Positions 1-10,819 of a stretch of 32,000 nt of DNA are shown here, piece after piece. Each line of letters starts with the position of its first letter. Within the stretch, counting starts at the first letter, position 1. A program made the translations under genes and the position numbers. The notes below the pieces were generated by a model. It was given only the letters and a program-made list of their open reading frames with translations. It searched no databases and was not told the DNA's origin. Source of the DNA: Delftia acidovorans NBRC 14950 (GTDB taxonomy: Bacteria > Pseudomonadota > Gammaproteobacteria > Burkholderiales > Burkholderiaceae_C); the NCBI RefSeq assembly GCF_001598795.1, contig NZ_BCZP01000001.1, positions 300,001 to 332,000 of the forward strand. The letters run 5' to 3'.

Positions 1-1101
1 GGCTTTGTGATGACCAATGCCCACGTGGTCGAAGGCGCTGACGAAGTCATCGTCACGCTGACCGACAAGCGCGAGTTCAAGGCCAAGATCGTGGGCAGCG
101 ACAAGCGCACCGACGTGGCCGTGGTCAAGATCGACGCCACAGGGCTGCCGGCCGTGAAGATCGGCGATGTGAACCGCCTCAAGGTCGGCGAGTGGGTGAT
201 GGCCATCGGCTCGCCCTTCGGCCTCGACAACTCCGTCACGGCGGGCATTGTCAGTGCCAAGCAGCGCGATACGGGCGACTATCTGCCGTTCATCCAGACC
301 GATGTGGCCATCAACCCCGGCAACTCCGGCGGTCCGTTGCTGAATATGCGCGGCGAAGTCGTGGGCATCAACAGCCAGATCTATTCGCGCTCCGGCGGCT
401 TCATGGGTATCAGCTTCGCGATTCCGATCGATGAGGCCGTGCGTGTCAGCGACCAGTTGCGCGCCACCGGCAAGGTCACGCGAGGCCGCATTGGCGTGCA
501 GATCGGTCCGGTCACCAAGGACATTGCCGAATCCATTGGCCTGGGCAAGGCGCAGGGAGCACTGGTTTCGGCCGTCGAGCCGGATTCGCCCGCTGCCAAG
601 GCGGGCGTCGAGGCCGGTGACGTGATCATCAAGTTCGACGGCAAGGCCATCGACAAGGTGGCCGACCTGCCGCGCCTGGTGGGCAATACCAAGCCCGGCA
701 CACGCAGCACCATCACCGTCTTCCGTCGCGGCGCAGCCAAGGATCTGACCATGGTGATCGCCGAGGTCGAGCCCGACGGCGCGGCTCCGCAGGCCAAGGC
801 CACCGGCAAGGGCAGCACCCTGGTTTCCCAGCCGCTGGGCCTGACGCTGGCCGAGCTCACGGATGCCCAGAAGAAGGAGCTGGGCATCAAGGGCGGCGTG
901 CGCGTGACGGCGGCCGTCGAGGCTGCGGCACGTGCGGGCCTGCGCGAAGGCGACGTGATCCTGCAACTGGCCAATGTCGAGATCACGGGGCTCAAGAGCT
1001 TCGAGGCCACGCTGGCCAAGGTGGACAAGAGCAAGCCCGTGAACCTGCTGGTGCGCCGTGGGGAATGGGCACAGTACGTGCTGATCCGTCCGACTCGCTG
1101 A
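1..1101 (+). CDS. mucD: Periplasmic serine endoprotease, HtrA/DegP/DegQ/MucD family; 5' end cut by the window edge
   Basis: The frame is open from nt 1 (GFVMTNAHVV...). It has the trypsin-like catalytic Ser motif GNSGGPL and two PDZ-like segments (AAKAGVEAGDVIIKFDG and AARAGLREGDVILQLAN). Its position directly upstream of lepA-lepB-rnc-era matches the algU/mucABCD-lepA synteny. Confidence 0.9.
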   Translation, partial: GFVMTNAHVVEGADEVIVTLTDKREFKAKIVGSDKRTDVAVVKIDATGLPAVKIGDVNRLKVGEWVMAIGSPFGLDNSVTAGIVSAKQRDTGDYLPFIQTDVAINPGNSGGPLLNMRGEVVGINSQIYSRSGGFMGISFAIPIDEAVRVSDQLRATGKVTRGRIGVQIGPVTKDIAESIGLGKAQGALVSAVEPDSPAAKAGVEAGDVIIKFDGKAIDKVADLPRLVGNTKPGTRSTITVFRRGAAKDLTMVIAEVEPDGAAPQAKATGKGSTLVSQPLGLTLAELTDAQKKELGIKGGVRVTAAVEAAARAGLREGDVILQLANVEITGLKSFEATLAKVDKSKPVNLLVRRGEWAQYVLIRPTR

Positions 1102-1310
1102 GGCCGCAGGGGAGGGCGGTTTTTCGGGTCCTGGGGAATACCCTCGGAATCCTGACCCGGAGCCGCCCATGCCCCTTGGGGCATTGGGTAAAATGCCCCA
1201 CCAAAGCGTGACGGCTCAAGGCGTCAGAAACCTGTTTTCAAAGGGGATTGTTGCGGTGCAAAAGCACCGCACTATCCGGTGATCGACGGGCGAGAAATGG
1301 CTCGGCGGTT

Positions 1311-1332
1311 CTGTTGATAAACTGTTGATAAA
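1311..1332 (+). repeat. Perfect tandem 11-bp direct repeat CTGTTGATAAA x2 in an AT-rich island
   Basis: Read directly: ctgttgataaa (1311-1321) followed by ctgttgataaa (1322-1332). The 11-bp period is one helical turn. Function is unknown. Confidence 0.9.
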
Positions 1333-1412
1333 TAATTGTGACAGATCAAGCCCGGACCTTTGCAGGCCTTGTCAGGGCTTGGTTTTCAGCCCGTTTTGCC
1401 TACAATAAAGTC

Positions 1413-1478
1413 CCAACTATCGCAGTTGCCAGAGATTGTTGGTTCGGGGCGCGTCGTTCATGGACGCGCCCTTTTTTC
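1413..1478 (+). ncRNA. Candidate short transcript (sRNA or lepA leader) ending at an intrinsic terminator
   Basis: A promoter-like pair TTGGTT (1379-1384), 16 nt, TACAAT (1401-1406) lies upstream. It is followed by hairpin CAACT-atcgc-AGTTG (1414-1428) and the terminator at 1446-1477. There is no expression evidence. Confidence 0.3.
1446..1478 (+). terminator. Rho-independent terminator, plus strand
   Basis: GGGGCGCGTC (1446-1455), loop gttcatg, GACGCGCCC (1463-1471), then TTTTTT (1472-1477). The reverse complement has no T-tail, so it is plus-strand specific. Confidence 0.8.
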
Positions 1479-1529
1479 TTGCGCGCCGGCCCTGTCGTTT
1501 TCCACTTTCACTAGCAGTCCTTCCCGTTG

Positions 1530-3337
<1,808 letters not shown>

Positions 3338-3338
<1 letters not shown>

Positions 3339-4315
3339 TGCAAGCCATGCAATGGATTACGGCCGTCGTACTCGCGGCCTTCGTGGGCTATATCGGCGCC
3401 TGGTACACAGGCTTCATCGAGGGCAACTTCGCGCTGCTGCTGTTCCTGGCCACCGTGGTCACGGGCCTGTACTGGGTGGCCGAGCGGCTGTACTTCCTGC
3501 CGCGCCGCCGCCGCGCTGCCGTGGCCATCGAGGAGGCTGCCGTGGCACGCCGCGCAGAACTCGACCGCATGGGCATCGCCAAGACCGACATCGAGGTGTC
3601 GGAAGAGGCCAAGGGCCGCATCCTCATGCAGCCCTGGTGGCTGGACTGGACGGCAGGCCTGTTCCCGGTGATCGCGATCGTCTTCGTGCTGCGCTCGTTC
3701 CTGTTCGAGCCGTTCAAGATCCCGTCTGGCTCCATGATCCCCACGCTGCTCGTGGGCGACCTGATCCTGGTGAACAAGTTCACCTATGGCGTGCGCCTGC
3801 CGGTGATCAATACCAAGATCACGCAGGGAACGCCGCTGCAGCGTGGCGATGTGGTGGTGTTCCGCTACCCGCCCCAGCCCAGCCTGGACTACATCAAGCG
3901 GGTGGTGGGCCTGCCGGGCGACGAGATCGCCTACCTGAACAAGCGGCTGACGATCAATGGCAAGGAAGTCCCGGTCAATGCACTGCCCGACTTCTTCGAC
4001 AAGGATGCGATGCGCTACTTCAAGCAGTACGAGGAGTCGCTGGGCGACAAGCCACACCGCATGATCGTGAACCAGGACGTGCCCGCCTTCATCCAGGGCG
4101 CCAGCGGCTTCGAGTTCCGCGAGAACTGCCGCTACAGCGTCGAAGGCATCACTTGCAAGGTGCCGGAAGGCCAGTACTTCATGATGGGCGACAACCGCGA
4201 CAACTCGCTGGATTCCCGCTACTGGGGCTTTGTGCCCGACAAGAACATCGTGGGCCGGGCTTTCTTTGTCTGGATGAACTTCGGGGATTTCAAGCGCATC
4301 GGCAGCTTCCATTGA
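3338..4315 (+). CDS. lepB: Signal peptidase I
   Basis: MQAMQWITAVVL... with N-terminal TM segments, the catalytic Ser box IPSGSMIPTL, GDNRDNSLDSRYWGFV and RVVGLPGD. Its ATG overlaps the lepA stop (TGATG). The 45 codons upstream in the track ORF lie inside lepA. Confidence 0.95.
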
Positions 4316-4390
4316 TCACATCACATGCATGCCTGAGGACCGCAGTGGCCCGGGCATGCGCGAGGGATTCACATCGGAGGAGGAAAAAGC

Positions 4391-4753
4391 ATGTTGACAT
4401 CGAACAACCGGCGTTCGCGCCAGCGCGGCCTGTCCTTTCTGGGACTGGTGTTTGTGATTGCCCTGGGCGTGGGCGTGGTGGCCGTGGGCGCACAATCCGT
4501 GCCTGTCTTCCTGGAGTACCAGGCCATCGTCAAGGCCGCCAACAAGGCGGCCCGCGAGGGCAATTCCGTGGCCGAGGTGAAAGCCAGCTTCGAGCGTTCC
4601 GCCGCCATCGATGACTTCACGTCCGTCAAGGGTGGCGATCTCGAAGTGACCAAGATCAATGACCGTGTGGTGGTGGGGTTTGAGTATTCGCGCGAGATCC
4701 ATCTCGTGGGCCCCGCGTACCTGACTTACCGTTTTAAGAAGCAGACCCAATAG
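4391..4753 (+). CDS. DUF4845-family small membrane-anchored protein
   Basis: 120 aa with a basic N-terminus and one TM (LSFLGLVFVIALGVGVVAVGA). A strong RBS (ggaggagg) lies 6-13 nt upstream. The lepB-DUF4845-rnc position is typical of betaproteobacteria. Confidence 0.8.
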   Translation: MLTSNNRRSRQRGLSFLGLVFVIALGVGVVAVGAQSVPVFLEYQAIVKAANKAAREGNSVAEVKASFERSAAIDDFTSVKGGDLEVTKINDRVVVGFEYSREIHLVGPAYLTYRFKKQTQ

Positions 4754-5437
4754 GTGCCTCCCTTACTGAATGCGCTGCAGCTGAGGCTGCAGCATCAATT
4801 TGCCGAGCCTGCATTGCTGCAGCGTGCCGTCACGCACCGCAGCTTCTCGGCAGACAACAACGAGCGCCTGGAATTCCTCGGTGACTCGGTGCTGAACCTT
4901 GCCATTTCCAGCCTGCTCTACCAGCGGCTCAGCTCCATGCCCGAGGGCGATCTGTCCCGCGTGCGCGCCAACCTGGTCAAGGAAGGCACGCTGCACCAGA
5001 TCGCGCTGAGGCTGCAGTTGCCCGATTTGCTGCGCCTGGGCGAGGGTGAATCCAAGTCGGGCGGCAAGCAACGCCCCTCCATCCTGGCCGATGCGGTCGA
5101 GGCCCTGATCGGCGCGGTCTATCTGGATGCCGGCTACGCGGCGGGCGAGAAGGTGGTACACCATCTTTTCGAGGGCGTGGACATCAACCCCCACATGCGC
5201 GCAGCCGAAAAGGATGCGAAGACGGCCCTGCAGGAATGGCTGCAGGGACGGCGCATGAAGCTGCCGCAGTACGAGGTGGTCGCCACCACGGGAGCCGCCC
5301 ACCGCCAGACCTTTGAAGTGGCCTGCGCGATTGCCGAGCTGCAATTGCAGGCCCGGGGAACGGGTGCCTCGCGCAGAGCCGCAGAGCAGACGGCTGCCAC
5401 AGCCATGCTGGAACTATTGAAAGCAAGACACGCATGA
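4754..5437 (+). CDS. rnc: Ribonuclease III
   Basis: Has the RNase III signature [13 protein letters not shown] and a C-terminal dsRBD ([10 protein letters not shown]..., [12 protein letters not shown]). The GTG start directly follows the DUF4845 stop, and the N-terminus aligns with E. coli Rnc. Confidence 0.95.
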   Translation: MPPLLNALQLRLQHQFAEPALLQRAVTHRSFSADNNERLEFLGDSVLNLAISSLLYQRLSSMPEGDLSRVRANLVKEGTLHQIALRLQLPDLLRLGEGESKSGGKQRPSILADAVEALIGAVYLDAGYAAGEKVVHHLFEGVDINPHMRAAEKDAKTALQEWLQGRRMKLPQYEVVATTGAAHRQTFEVACAIAELQLQARGTGASRRAAEQTAATAMLELLKARHA

Positions 5438-6468
5438 ACCAAGACAAACCTCCGGCGCCGGCACAGACCGCCGCCGAACTCGATGCCCTGCTGGCCGCGG
5501 CCAAGCCCGGCGCCGGCGCAGCACGCACGGCATCCGCCCCTGATGAAGCCCAGGCGCCCGAGGTGCCGACAGGCCCGCAGCGCTGCGGCCTGATCGCCAT
5601 CGTCGGCAAGCCCAATGTGGGCAAGTCCACGCTGATGAATGCGCTGGTGGGCCAGAAGATCAGCATCACCTCGCGCAAGGCGCAGACCACGCGCCACCGC
5701 ATCACGGGCATTCGCTCGCGTGCCGCGACGCAGTTCATCTTCGTCGATACACCGGGTTTCCAGACCAAGCACAGCACGGCGCTGAACAAGTCGCTCAACA
5801 AGACCGTCATGGGCGCCATCGGCGACGTGGACCTGATCCTGTTCGTCGTGGAAGCCGGCCAGTTCACGCTGGCCGATGCCAAGGTGCTGTCGCTGTTCAA
5901 GCCCGGCATTCCCACGCTGCTGATCGCCAACAAGCTCGATACCGTGGGCCGCCGTGCCGAGATCGCCCCCTGGCTCAAGAGCATGCAGGAGCGCCATCCG
6001 TTTGCCGAGTTCGTGCCCATGTCGGCCAAGAGCAAGGGCGACATCGAGCGCCTGTTCGGCATCTGCGAGAAGTACCTGCCCGAGCAGGACTGGATGTATG
6101 CGCCCGACGAGCTGACCGACCGCAGCGAGAAGTTCCTCGCCTCGGAAACCGTGCGCGAGAAGCTGTTCCGCTTCACGGGCGACGAGCTGCCCTACACCTC
6201 CACGGTAGTCATCGACAAGTTCGAGGAAGAGGCCAGCAAGCAGCACAAGCGCTTCATCCGCGTGGCGGCGACCATCGTGGTCGAGCGCGACGGACACAAG
6301 GCCATGATCATCGGAGAGAAGGGCGAGCGCCTCAAGCGCATCAGCACCGAGGCCCGCCAGGAGCTGGAAAAGCTCATGGATGCCAAGGTCTTCCTCGAAG
6401 TCTGGGTCAAGGTGCGCTCGGGTTGGGCCGACGACGAGGCCCGCGTGCGCTCCTTCGGCTACGAGTGA
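5434..6468 (+). CDS. era: GTPase Era, with an Ala/Pro-rich N-terminal extension of about 45 aa
   Basis: G1 motif [17 protein letters not shown] and a C-terminal KH domain ([22 protein letters not shown]). The ATG overlaps the rnc stop (ATGA). Confidence 0.93.
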   Translation: MNQDKPPAPAQTAAELDALLAAAKPGAGAARTASAPDEAQAPEVPTGPQRCGLIAIVGKPNVGKSTLMNALVGQKISITSRKAQTTRHRITGIRSRAATQFIFVDTPGFQTKHSTALNKSLNKTVMGAIGDVDLILFVVEAGQFTLADAKVLSLFKPGIPTLLIANKLDTVGRRAEIAPWLKSMQERHPFAEFVPMSAKSKGDIERLFGICEKYLPEQDWMYAPDELTDRSEKFLASETVREKLFRFTGDELPYTSTVVIDKFEEEASKQHKRFIRVAATIVVERDGHKAMIIGEKGERLKRISTEARQELEKLMDAKVFLEVWVKVRSGWADDEARVRSFGYE

Positions 6469-6495
6469 GAAACCTCCCCGCAAGGCCCTCTGTCC

Positions 6496-7266
6496 ATGGC
6501 TAGCGCCAAGCGTGTCTCGGATGAGCCGGCCTATGTGCTGCACAGCTATGACTGGAGCGAGTCCAGCCTGATCCTCGAGGTCTTCACGCGGCACCGGGGC
6601 CGCGTGGCGCTGGCGGCCAAGGGCGTCAAGCGCCCGACCTCGAACTTTCGCCCCGTGCTGCTGCCGCTGCAGCCGCTGAGCCTGAGCTACAGCCTGGGCG
6701 GCGAGGGCAATGCCGAGATCCACACCCTCAAGGGTGCCGAGTGGGTGGGCGGGCATGTGATGCCCCAGGGCGACGCCCTGATGTCGGGCCTGTACCTCAA
6801 CGAGCTGCTGATGCGCCTGCTGGCGCGAGACGATCCCTATGCGGCGCTGTTCGACATCTATGCCGGCGTGGTGCGCGTGCTGGCGGGCCAGCATGGCGAT
6901 GCCATCGAGCCCGTGCTGCGCACCTTCGAGCTGCTGCTGCTGCGCGAACTGGGTCATCTGCCCGCCTTGAATGAGGAAAGCGCCACGCTGGCGCCGCTGG
7001 CCGAAGGCCGCCGCTATGCGCTGGTGGCCGAAGGCGGCCTGCGCCCGGCGCTGCAGGGCGAGCGCGCCGTGCTGGGCGCTGCGCAATGGCAGGCCATTGA
7101 AAGCGCGCTGCAGGCCCGGCAGGCCTTCAATGCCACGCTGCATGTGGTGGCCCAACCCGAGCAGGCGCTGGCCCTCAAGCCCCAACTGAGGGCCCTGCTG
7201 CAATACCATTGCGGCAGTCCCATGCTGCGCACCCGCCAGCTGATGATGGATCTGCAATCGCTATGA
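6496..7266 (+). CDS. recO: DNA repair protein RecO
   Basis: The N-terminal OB-fold region [36 protein letters not shown] is typical of RecO, and the gene sits in the era-recO-pdxJ position. Confidence 0.9.
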   Translation: MASAKRVSDEPAYVLHSYDWSESSLILEVFTRHRGRVALAAKGVKRPTSNFRPVLLPLQPLSLSYSLGGEGNAEIHTLKGAEWVGGHVMPQGDALMSGLYLNELLMRLLARDDPYAALFDIYAGVVRVLAGQHGDAIEPVLRTFELLLLRELGHLPALNEESATLAPLAEGRRYALVAEGGLRPALQGERAVLGAAQWQAIESALQARQAFNATLHVVAQPEQALALKPQLRALLQYHCGSPMLRTRQLMMDLQSL

Positions 7267-8036
7267 ATCTTTCCCACGCTTCGCAGCGCACGGCGCTGTC
7301 GGTCAATGTCAACAAGGTTGCGCTGCTGCGCAACACGCGCCACCTGGGCATCCCCAGCGTGACGCGCGCCGCGCGCATCTGCCTGGAGGCCGGTGCCCAG
7401 GGCATCACCATCCATCCGCGTCCCGACCAGCGCCATATCCGCAGCGAGGATGTCTATGAACTGCAGGCGCTGATGAAACAGTGGCCGCAGGCGGAGTTCA
7501 ACATCGAGGGCAACCCGACGCAGAACCTCATGGACTTCATCCGCGACACGCGCCCGCACCAAGCCACCTTCGTGCCCGACAGCGAGGACCAGTTCACCAG
7601 CGACCATGGCTGGAACTTCCCGCAGGACGCCGAGCGCCTGAAGCCGCTGATTGCCGAATGCCGCCAACTCGGCGTGCGCGTCAGCCTGTTCATGGACCCC
7701 GTGCCCGCCCAGATGGCCGCTGCGCGCGCCGTGGGCGCCGACCGGGTCGAGCTGTATACCGAACCCTACGCAGCTGCCTGGGGCACGGCAGACCAGGAAG
7801 CGCAACTGCAGGCCTATGCGGCGGCGGCCCAGGCGGCTTTGGATGCCGGGCTGGGCATCAATGCCGGCCATGACCTCAGCCGTGACAACCTGGCCGCCTT
7901 CGTGGCGCGCGTGCCGGGCCTGCTCGAAGTCTCCATCGGCCATGCGCTGATCGCCGACGCGCTGGAGCTGGGCTACGCCGAAACCGTGCGCGCCTACCAG
8001 CAGTGCATAGACCAGGGCATGGCGGCGCGCGCCTGA
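7263..8036 (+). CDS. pdxJ: Pyridoxine 5'-phosphate synthase
   Basis: [15 protein letters not shown]..., [18 protein letters not shown], and INAGHDL...EVSIGHALI. The ATG at 7263 overlaps the recO stop (ATGA). Confidence 0.93.
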   Translation: MNLSHASQRTALSVNVNKVALLRNTRHLGIPSVTRAARICLEAGAQGITIHPRPDQRHIRSEDVYELQALMKQWPQAEFNIEGNPTQNLMDFIRDTRPHQATFVPDSEDQFTSDHGWNFPQDAERLKPLIAECRQLGVRVSLFMDPVPAQMAAARAVGADRVELYTEPYAAAWGTADQEAQLQAYAAAAQAALDAGLGINAGHDLSRDNLAAFVARVPGLLEVSIGHALIADALELGYAETVRAYQQCIDQGMAARA

Positions 8037-8056
8037 AGCTTTCGCGGAGCGAATCC

Positions 8057-8452
8057 ATGATCTACGGCATCGGTACCGACATCTGCGACGTGCGCCGCAT
8101 CCGCGCCAGCCTGGAGCGCCATGGCGACCGTTTCGCCGAGAAGGTGCTGGCCGAGGGCGAGCTGGCCACCTGGCGTGCCCGCCGCGCGCGCTGGCCTGAG
8201 CGCGGCATCCGCTTCGTGGCCACGCGCTTTTCCGCCAAGGAGGCCTTTTCCAAGGCCATAGGCATGGGCATGGTCATGCCCATGACCTGGCGCAGCTGCG
8301 AGGTCATCAAACTGCCCAGTGGCCAGCCTGCGATCGTGCTGCACGGCGCGCTCAAGGAATGGTTCGAGGCGCGCAACCTGCAGGTGCACCTGTCCGTGAC
8401 CGACGAGAGCGACTACGCGGCCAGCTTCTGCGTGGTCGAGCGCCGCGCCTGA
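8057..8452 (+). CDS. acpS: Holo-[acyl-carrier-protein] synthase
   Basis: [15 protein letters not shown]..., [10 protein letters not shown]-like motif ([13 protein letters not shown]), length 131 aa. Confidence 0.93.
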   Translation: MIYGIGTDICDVRRIRASLERHGDRFAEKVLAEGELATWRARRARWPERGIRFVATRFSAKEAFSKAIGMGMVMPMTWRSCEVIKLPSGQPAIVLHGALKEWFEARNLQVHLSVTDESDYAASFCVVERRA

Positions 8453-8458
8453 TACCCG

Positions 8459-8481
8459 GCCAGCGTGACGCTGGCTTTTTT
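8459..8481 (+). terminator. Rho-independent terminator after acpS
   Basis: GCCAGCG-tga-CGCTGGC followed by TTTTTT, 7 nt after the acpS stop. Confidence 0.85.
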
Positions 8482-8511
8482 GACTCCACAGGATTCATAG
8501 GAACTCCCGGC

Positions 8512-9603
8512 ATGACCGAGCACGCACCCCTCATCATCGACATCGCCGGCAAGGCACTCACCGATGTGGACCGCCAGCGCCTGGCGCATCCGCTGGTCGG
8601 CGGCATCATCCTCTTTGCCCGCAACTGGGAAAGCCGCGATCAGCTGGTGCAGCTGTGCGCCGATATCAAGGCGGTCAAGCCCGATTTGCTGATCTGCGTG
8701 GACCATGAGGGCGGGCGCGTGCAGCGTTTTCGCGCTGACGGCTTCACGCACCTGCCGCCCATGCGCGCTTTCGGCCAGATGTGGATGGACGACGGCAAGG
8801 GCAGCAAGCACCGTGAAGGCAGCGGCGCCCTGGCTGCCATGAACGCCGCCACGGCGGCCGGCTATGTGCTGGGCACCGAGCTGCGTGCCTGCGGCGTGGA
8901 TTTCAGCTTCACCCCGGTGCTGGACCTTGACTACGGTGCCAGCAGCGTCATCGGCGACCGCAGCTTCCACCGCGACCCGCGCGTGGTGGCCGCGCTGGCT
9001 CGCAGCCTCATGCACGGCCTGCTGCAGGCCGGCATGGGCAACTGCGGCAAGCACTTTCCCGGCCACGGCTTCGTCAAGGCCGATTCTCATGTGGACATTC
9101 CGGTCGATGGCCGCAGCCTCACCGCCATCCTGGGCGAGGACGCCGCGCCCTATCCCTGGTTGTCCAGCGTGCTCACGGCCGTGATGCCGGCCCATGTGAT
9201 CTACCCCAAGGTCGACAAGCGCCCGGCCGGTTTTTCTGCCAAGTGGCTCAAGGACATCCTGCGCAGCCGCCTGCGCTACGACGGCGCCATTTTCAGCGAC
9301 GACCTGAGCATGGAGGGCGCGCGCCGCATCGACGGCCAGCTCATCGGCTATACCGACGCGGCCCTGGCCGCGCTGGAGGCGGGCTGCGACATGGTGCTGC
9401 TGTGCAACCAGAGCCTGGGCCTGGGCGAGCATGTGGACGAGCTGCTGGCCGGCATGGAGGCCGCGCAGCGCAGCGGCCGCTGGCAGCCCGATGCCGACAG
9501 CGAATCGCGCCGCGTGGCCCTGCTGCCGGAGACCGTGCCCCAGCCCTGGGACGATCTCATGCGCCAGCCTGCCTATCTGCAGGCGCTGGACCTGCTGCCT
9601 TGA
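8512..9603 (+). CDS. nagZ: Beta-N-acetylhexosaminidase (GH3, peptidoglycan recycling)
   Basis: Has LICVDHEGGRVQRF, KHFPGHG and IFSDDLSMEGA motifs, 363 aa. The ATG at 8512 lies after the acpS terminator. Confidence 0.92.
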   Translation: MTEHAPLIIDIAGKALTDVDRQRLAHPLVGGIILFARNWESRDQLVQLCADIKAVKPDLLICVDHEGGRVQRFRADGFTHLPPMRAFGQMWMDDGKGSKHREGSGALAAMNAATAAGYVLGTELRACGVDFSFTPVLDLDYGASSVIGDRSFHRDPRVVAALARSLMHGLLQAGMGNCGKHFPGHGFVKADSHVDIPVDGRSLTAILGEDAAPYPWLSSVLTAVMPAHVIYPKVDKRPAGFSAKWLKDILRSRLRYDGAIFSDDLSMEGARRIDGQLIGYTDAALAALEAGCDMVLLCNQSLGLGEHVDELLAGMEAAQRSGRWQPDADSESRRVALLPETVPQPWDDLMRQPAYLQALDLLP

Positions 9604-9714
9604 TGGATTGAAGGACGCCGCCGCTGGCCGCTCCGAGGGCCAAGGCGGGCTTTGCAAAGGCATGAGCGTGTCGTAAAGGGCGCGTCGGCCGGTGTTTCAC
9701 AGGAGAGTTTTCCC

Positions 9715-10812
9715 ATGCGCGTTGGCGTGCTGACCGGAGGTGGCGACTGCCCCGGCCTGAATGCGGTGATCCGTGCGGTCACCAAGTCCCTGATCAACCA
9801 CGGCCAGTGCGAGGTGCTGGGCATTGCCGACGGCTTCGAGGGTCTGATGCTCGACCCGCCCGGCGTCAAGCCGCTGGGCTGGGACGAGGTCTCGGGCATC
9901 CTGCATGTGGGCGGCACTATCCTGGGCACCAGCAACAGCGCCAACCCCCTGCGCGATGCGGCCACGCTGGAGCATGTGGGCCGCAATGTCCGGGCGCTGG
10001 GCCTGGACGTGGTGGTGGCCATCGGCGGCGACGGCACCATGAGTCTGGCGCATGGCCTGGCCAAACAGGTGGGACTGACCTGCGTGGGTGTGCCCAAGAC
10101 CATAGACAACGACATTGCCAATTGCGAGCGCAGCTTTGGCTTCGACACCGCCGTGGCCACGGCCACCGAGGCGCTGCGCCGCATCGAGAGCACGGCCAAC
10201 AGCCACCACCGCGTGATGATCGTCGAGACCATGGGGCGCCATGCCGGATGGCTGGCGCTGGAGGCCGGCATTGCCGGTGCGGCCGACGTCATCCTGCTGC
10301 CCGAGATCGATTACGACCTGCAGGCCATCGTCGATTTCTGCCGGGGCCGCGAGCGGCGCCAGCGCTACACCATCATCTGCATCGGCGAGGGCGCCAAGGA
10401 AAGCGGCGCCAGCCTCACGGTGCGCGAGCGCATCGAGCAAAGCCCCGACCCGGTCCGCCTGGGCGGCGTCGGCCATGTGCTGCGTGAGCGCCTGCAGCCC
10501 CACCTCAGGAGCGAGGTGCGCACCACGGTCCTCGGCCATGTACAGCGCGGCGGCGACCCCACGCCCTTTGACCGCGTGCTGGCCACGCAGTACGGCCACC
10601 ATGCGGCGCAACTGGTGCTGTCGGGGCGCTTCGGCCGCATGGTCACGCTGCAGGGTGGCGAGATCGGCAGCGTGGAAATCTCCCGCGTGGCCAACACCCA
10701 GCGCACCGTGCCCCTGGACCACGGCCTGCTCACCATGGCGCGCGACATAGGCATTTGCCTGGGCGAGCCAGGCAAGCAGGATGTGCGGCCGGCCGCAGCC
10801 GGCAGCCACTGA
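9715..10812 (+). CDS. pfk: 6-phosphofructokinase, PfkA family; phosphoryl donor not assignable from sequence
   Basis: MRVGVLTGGGDCPGLNAVIRAV, IGGDGT, PKTIDNDI and MGRHAGWLA motifs. An RBS (aggaga) lies 9-14 nt upstream. Confidence 0.9.
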   Translation: MRVGVLTGGGDCPGLNAVIRAVTKSLINHGQCEVLGIADGFEGLMLDPPGVKPLGWDEVSGILHVGGTILGTSNSANPLRDAATLEHVGRNVRALGLDVVVAIGGDGTMSLAHGLAKQVGLTCVGVPKTIDNDIANCERSFGFDTAVATATEALRRIESTANSHHRVMIVETMGRHAGWLALEAGIAGAADVILLPEIDYDLQAIVDFCRGRERRQRYTIICIGEGAKESGASLTVRERIEQSPDPVRLGGVGHVLRERLQPHLRSEVRTTVLGHVQRGGDPTPFDRVLATQYGHHAAQLVLSGRFGRMVTLQGGEIGSVEISRVANTQRTVPLDHGLLTMARDIGICLGEPGKQDVRPAAAGSH

Positions 10813-10819
10813 GCCCGCC

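Noticed and set aside
1102-1165. Hairpins just after the mucD stop (CCGC-aggggag-GCGG-TTTTT and GGGTC...GACCC), considered as the mucD terminator.
   Set aside because: The stems are only 4-5 bp, too weak to call with confidence. The strong terminator at 1446-1477 may serve mucD transcripts instead.
1396-1406. Identical 11-mer TTGCCTACAAT at 1396-1406 (plus strand) and 27678-27688 (minus strand). Both lie in AT-rich spacers, and both contain a TACAAT -10-like box.
   Set aside because: A single shared 11-mer within 64 kb of two-strand sequence is expected by chance. The flanks do not match and the second copy has no good -35, so it is not treated as a repeat family.
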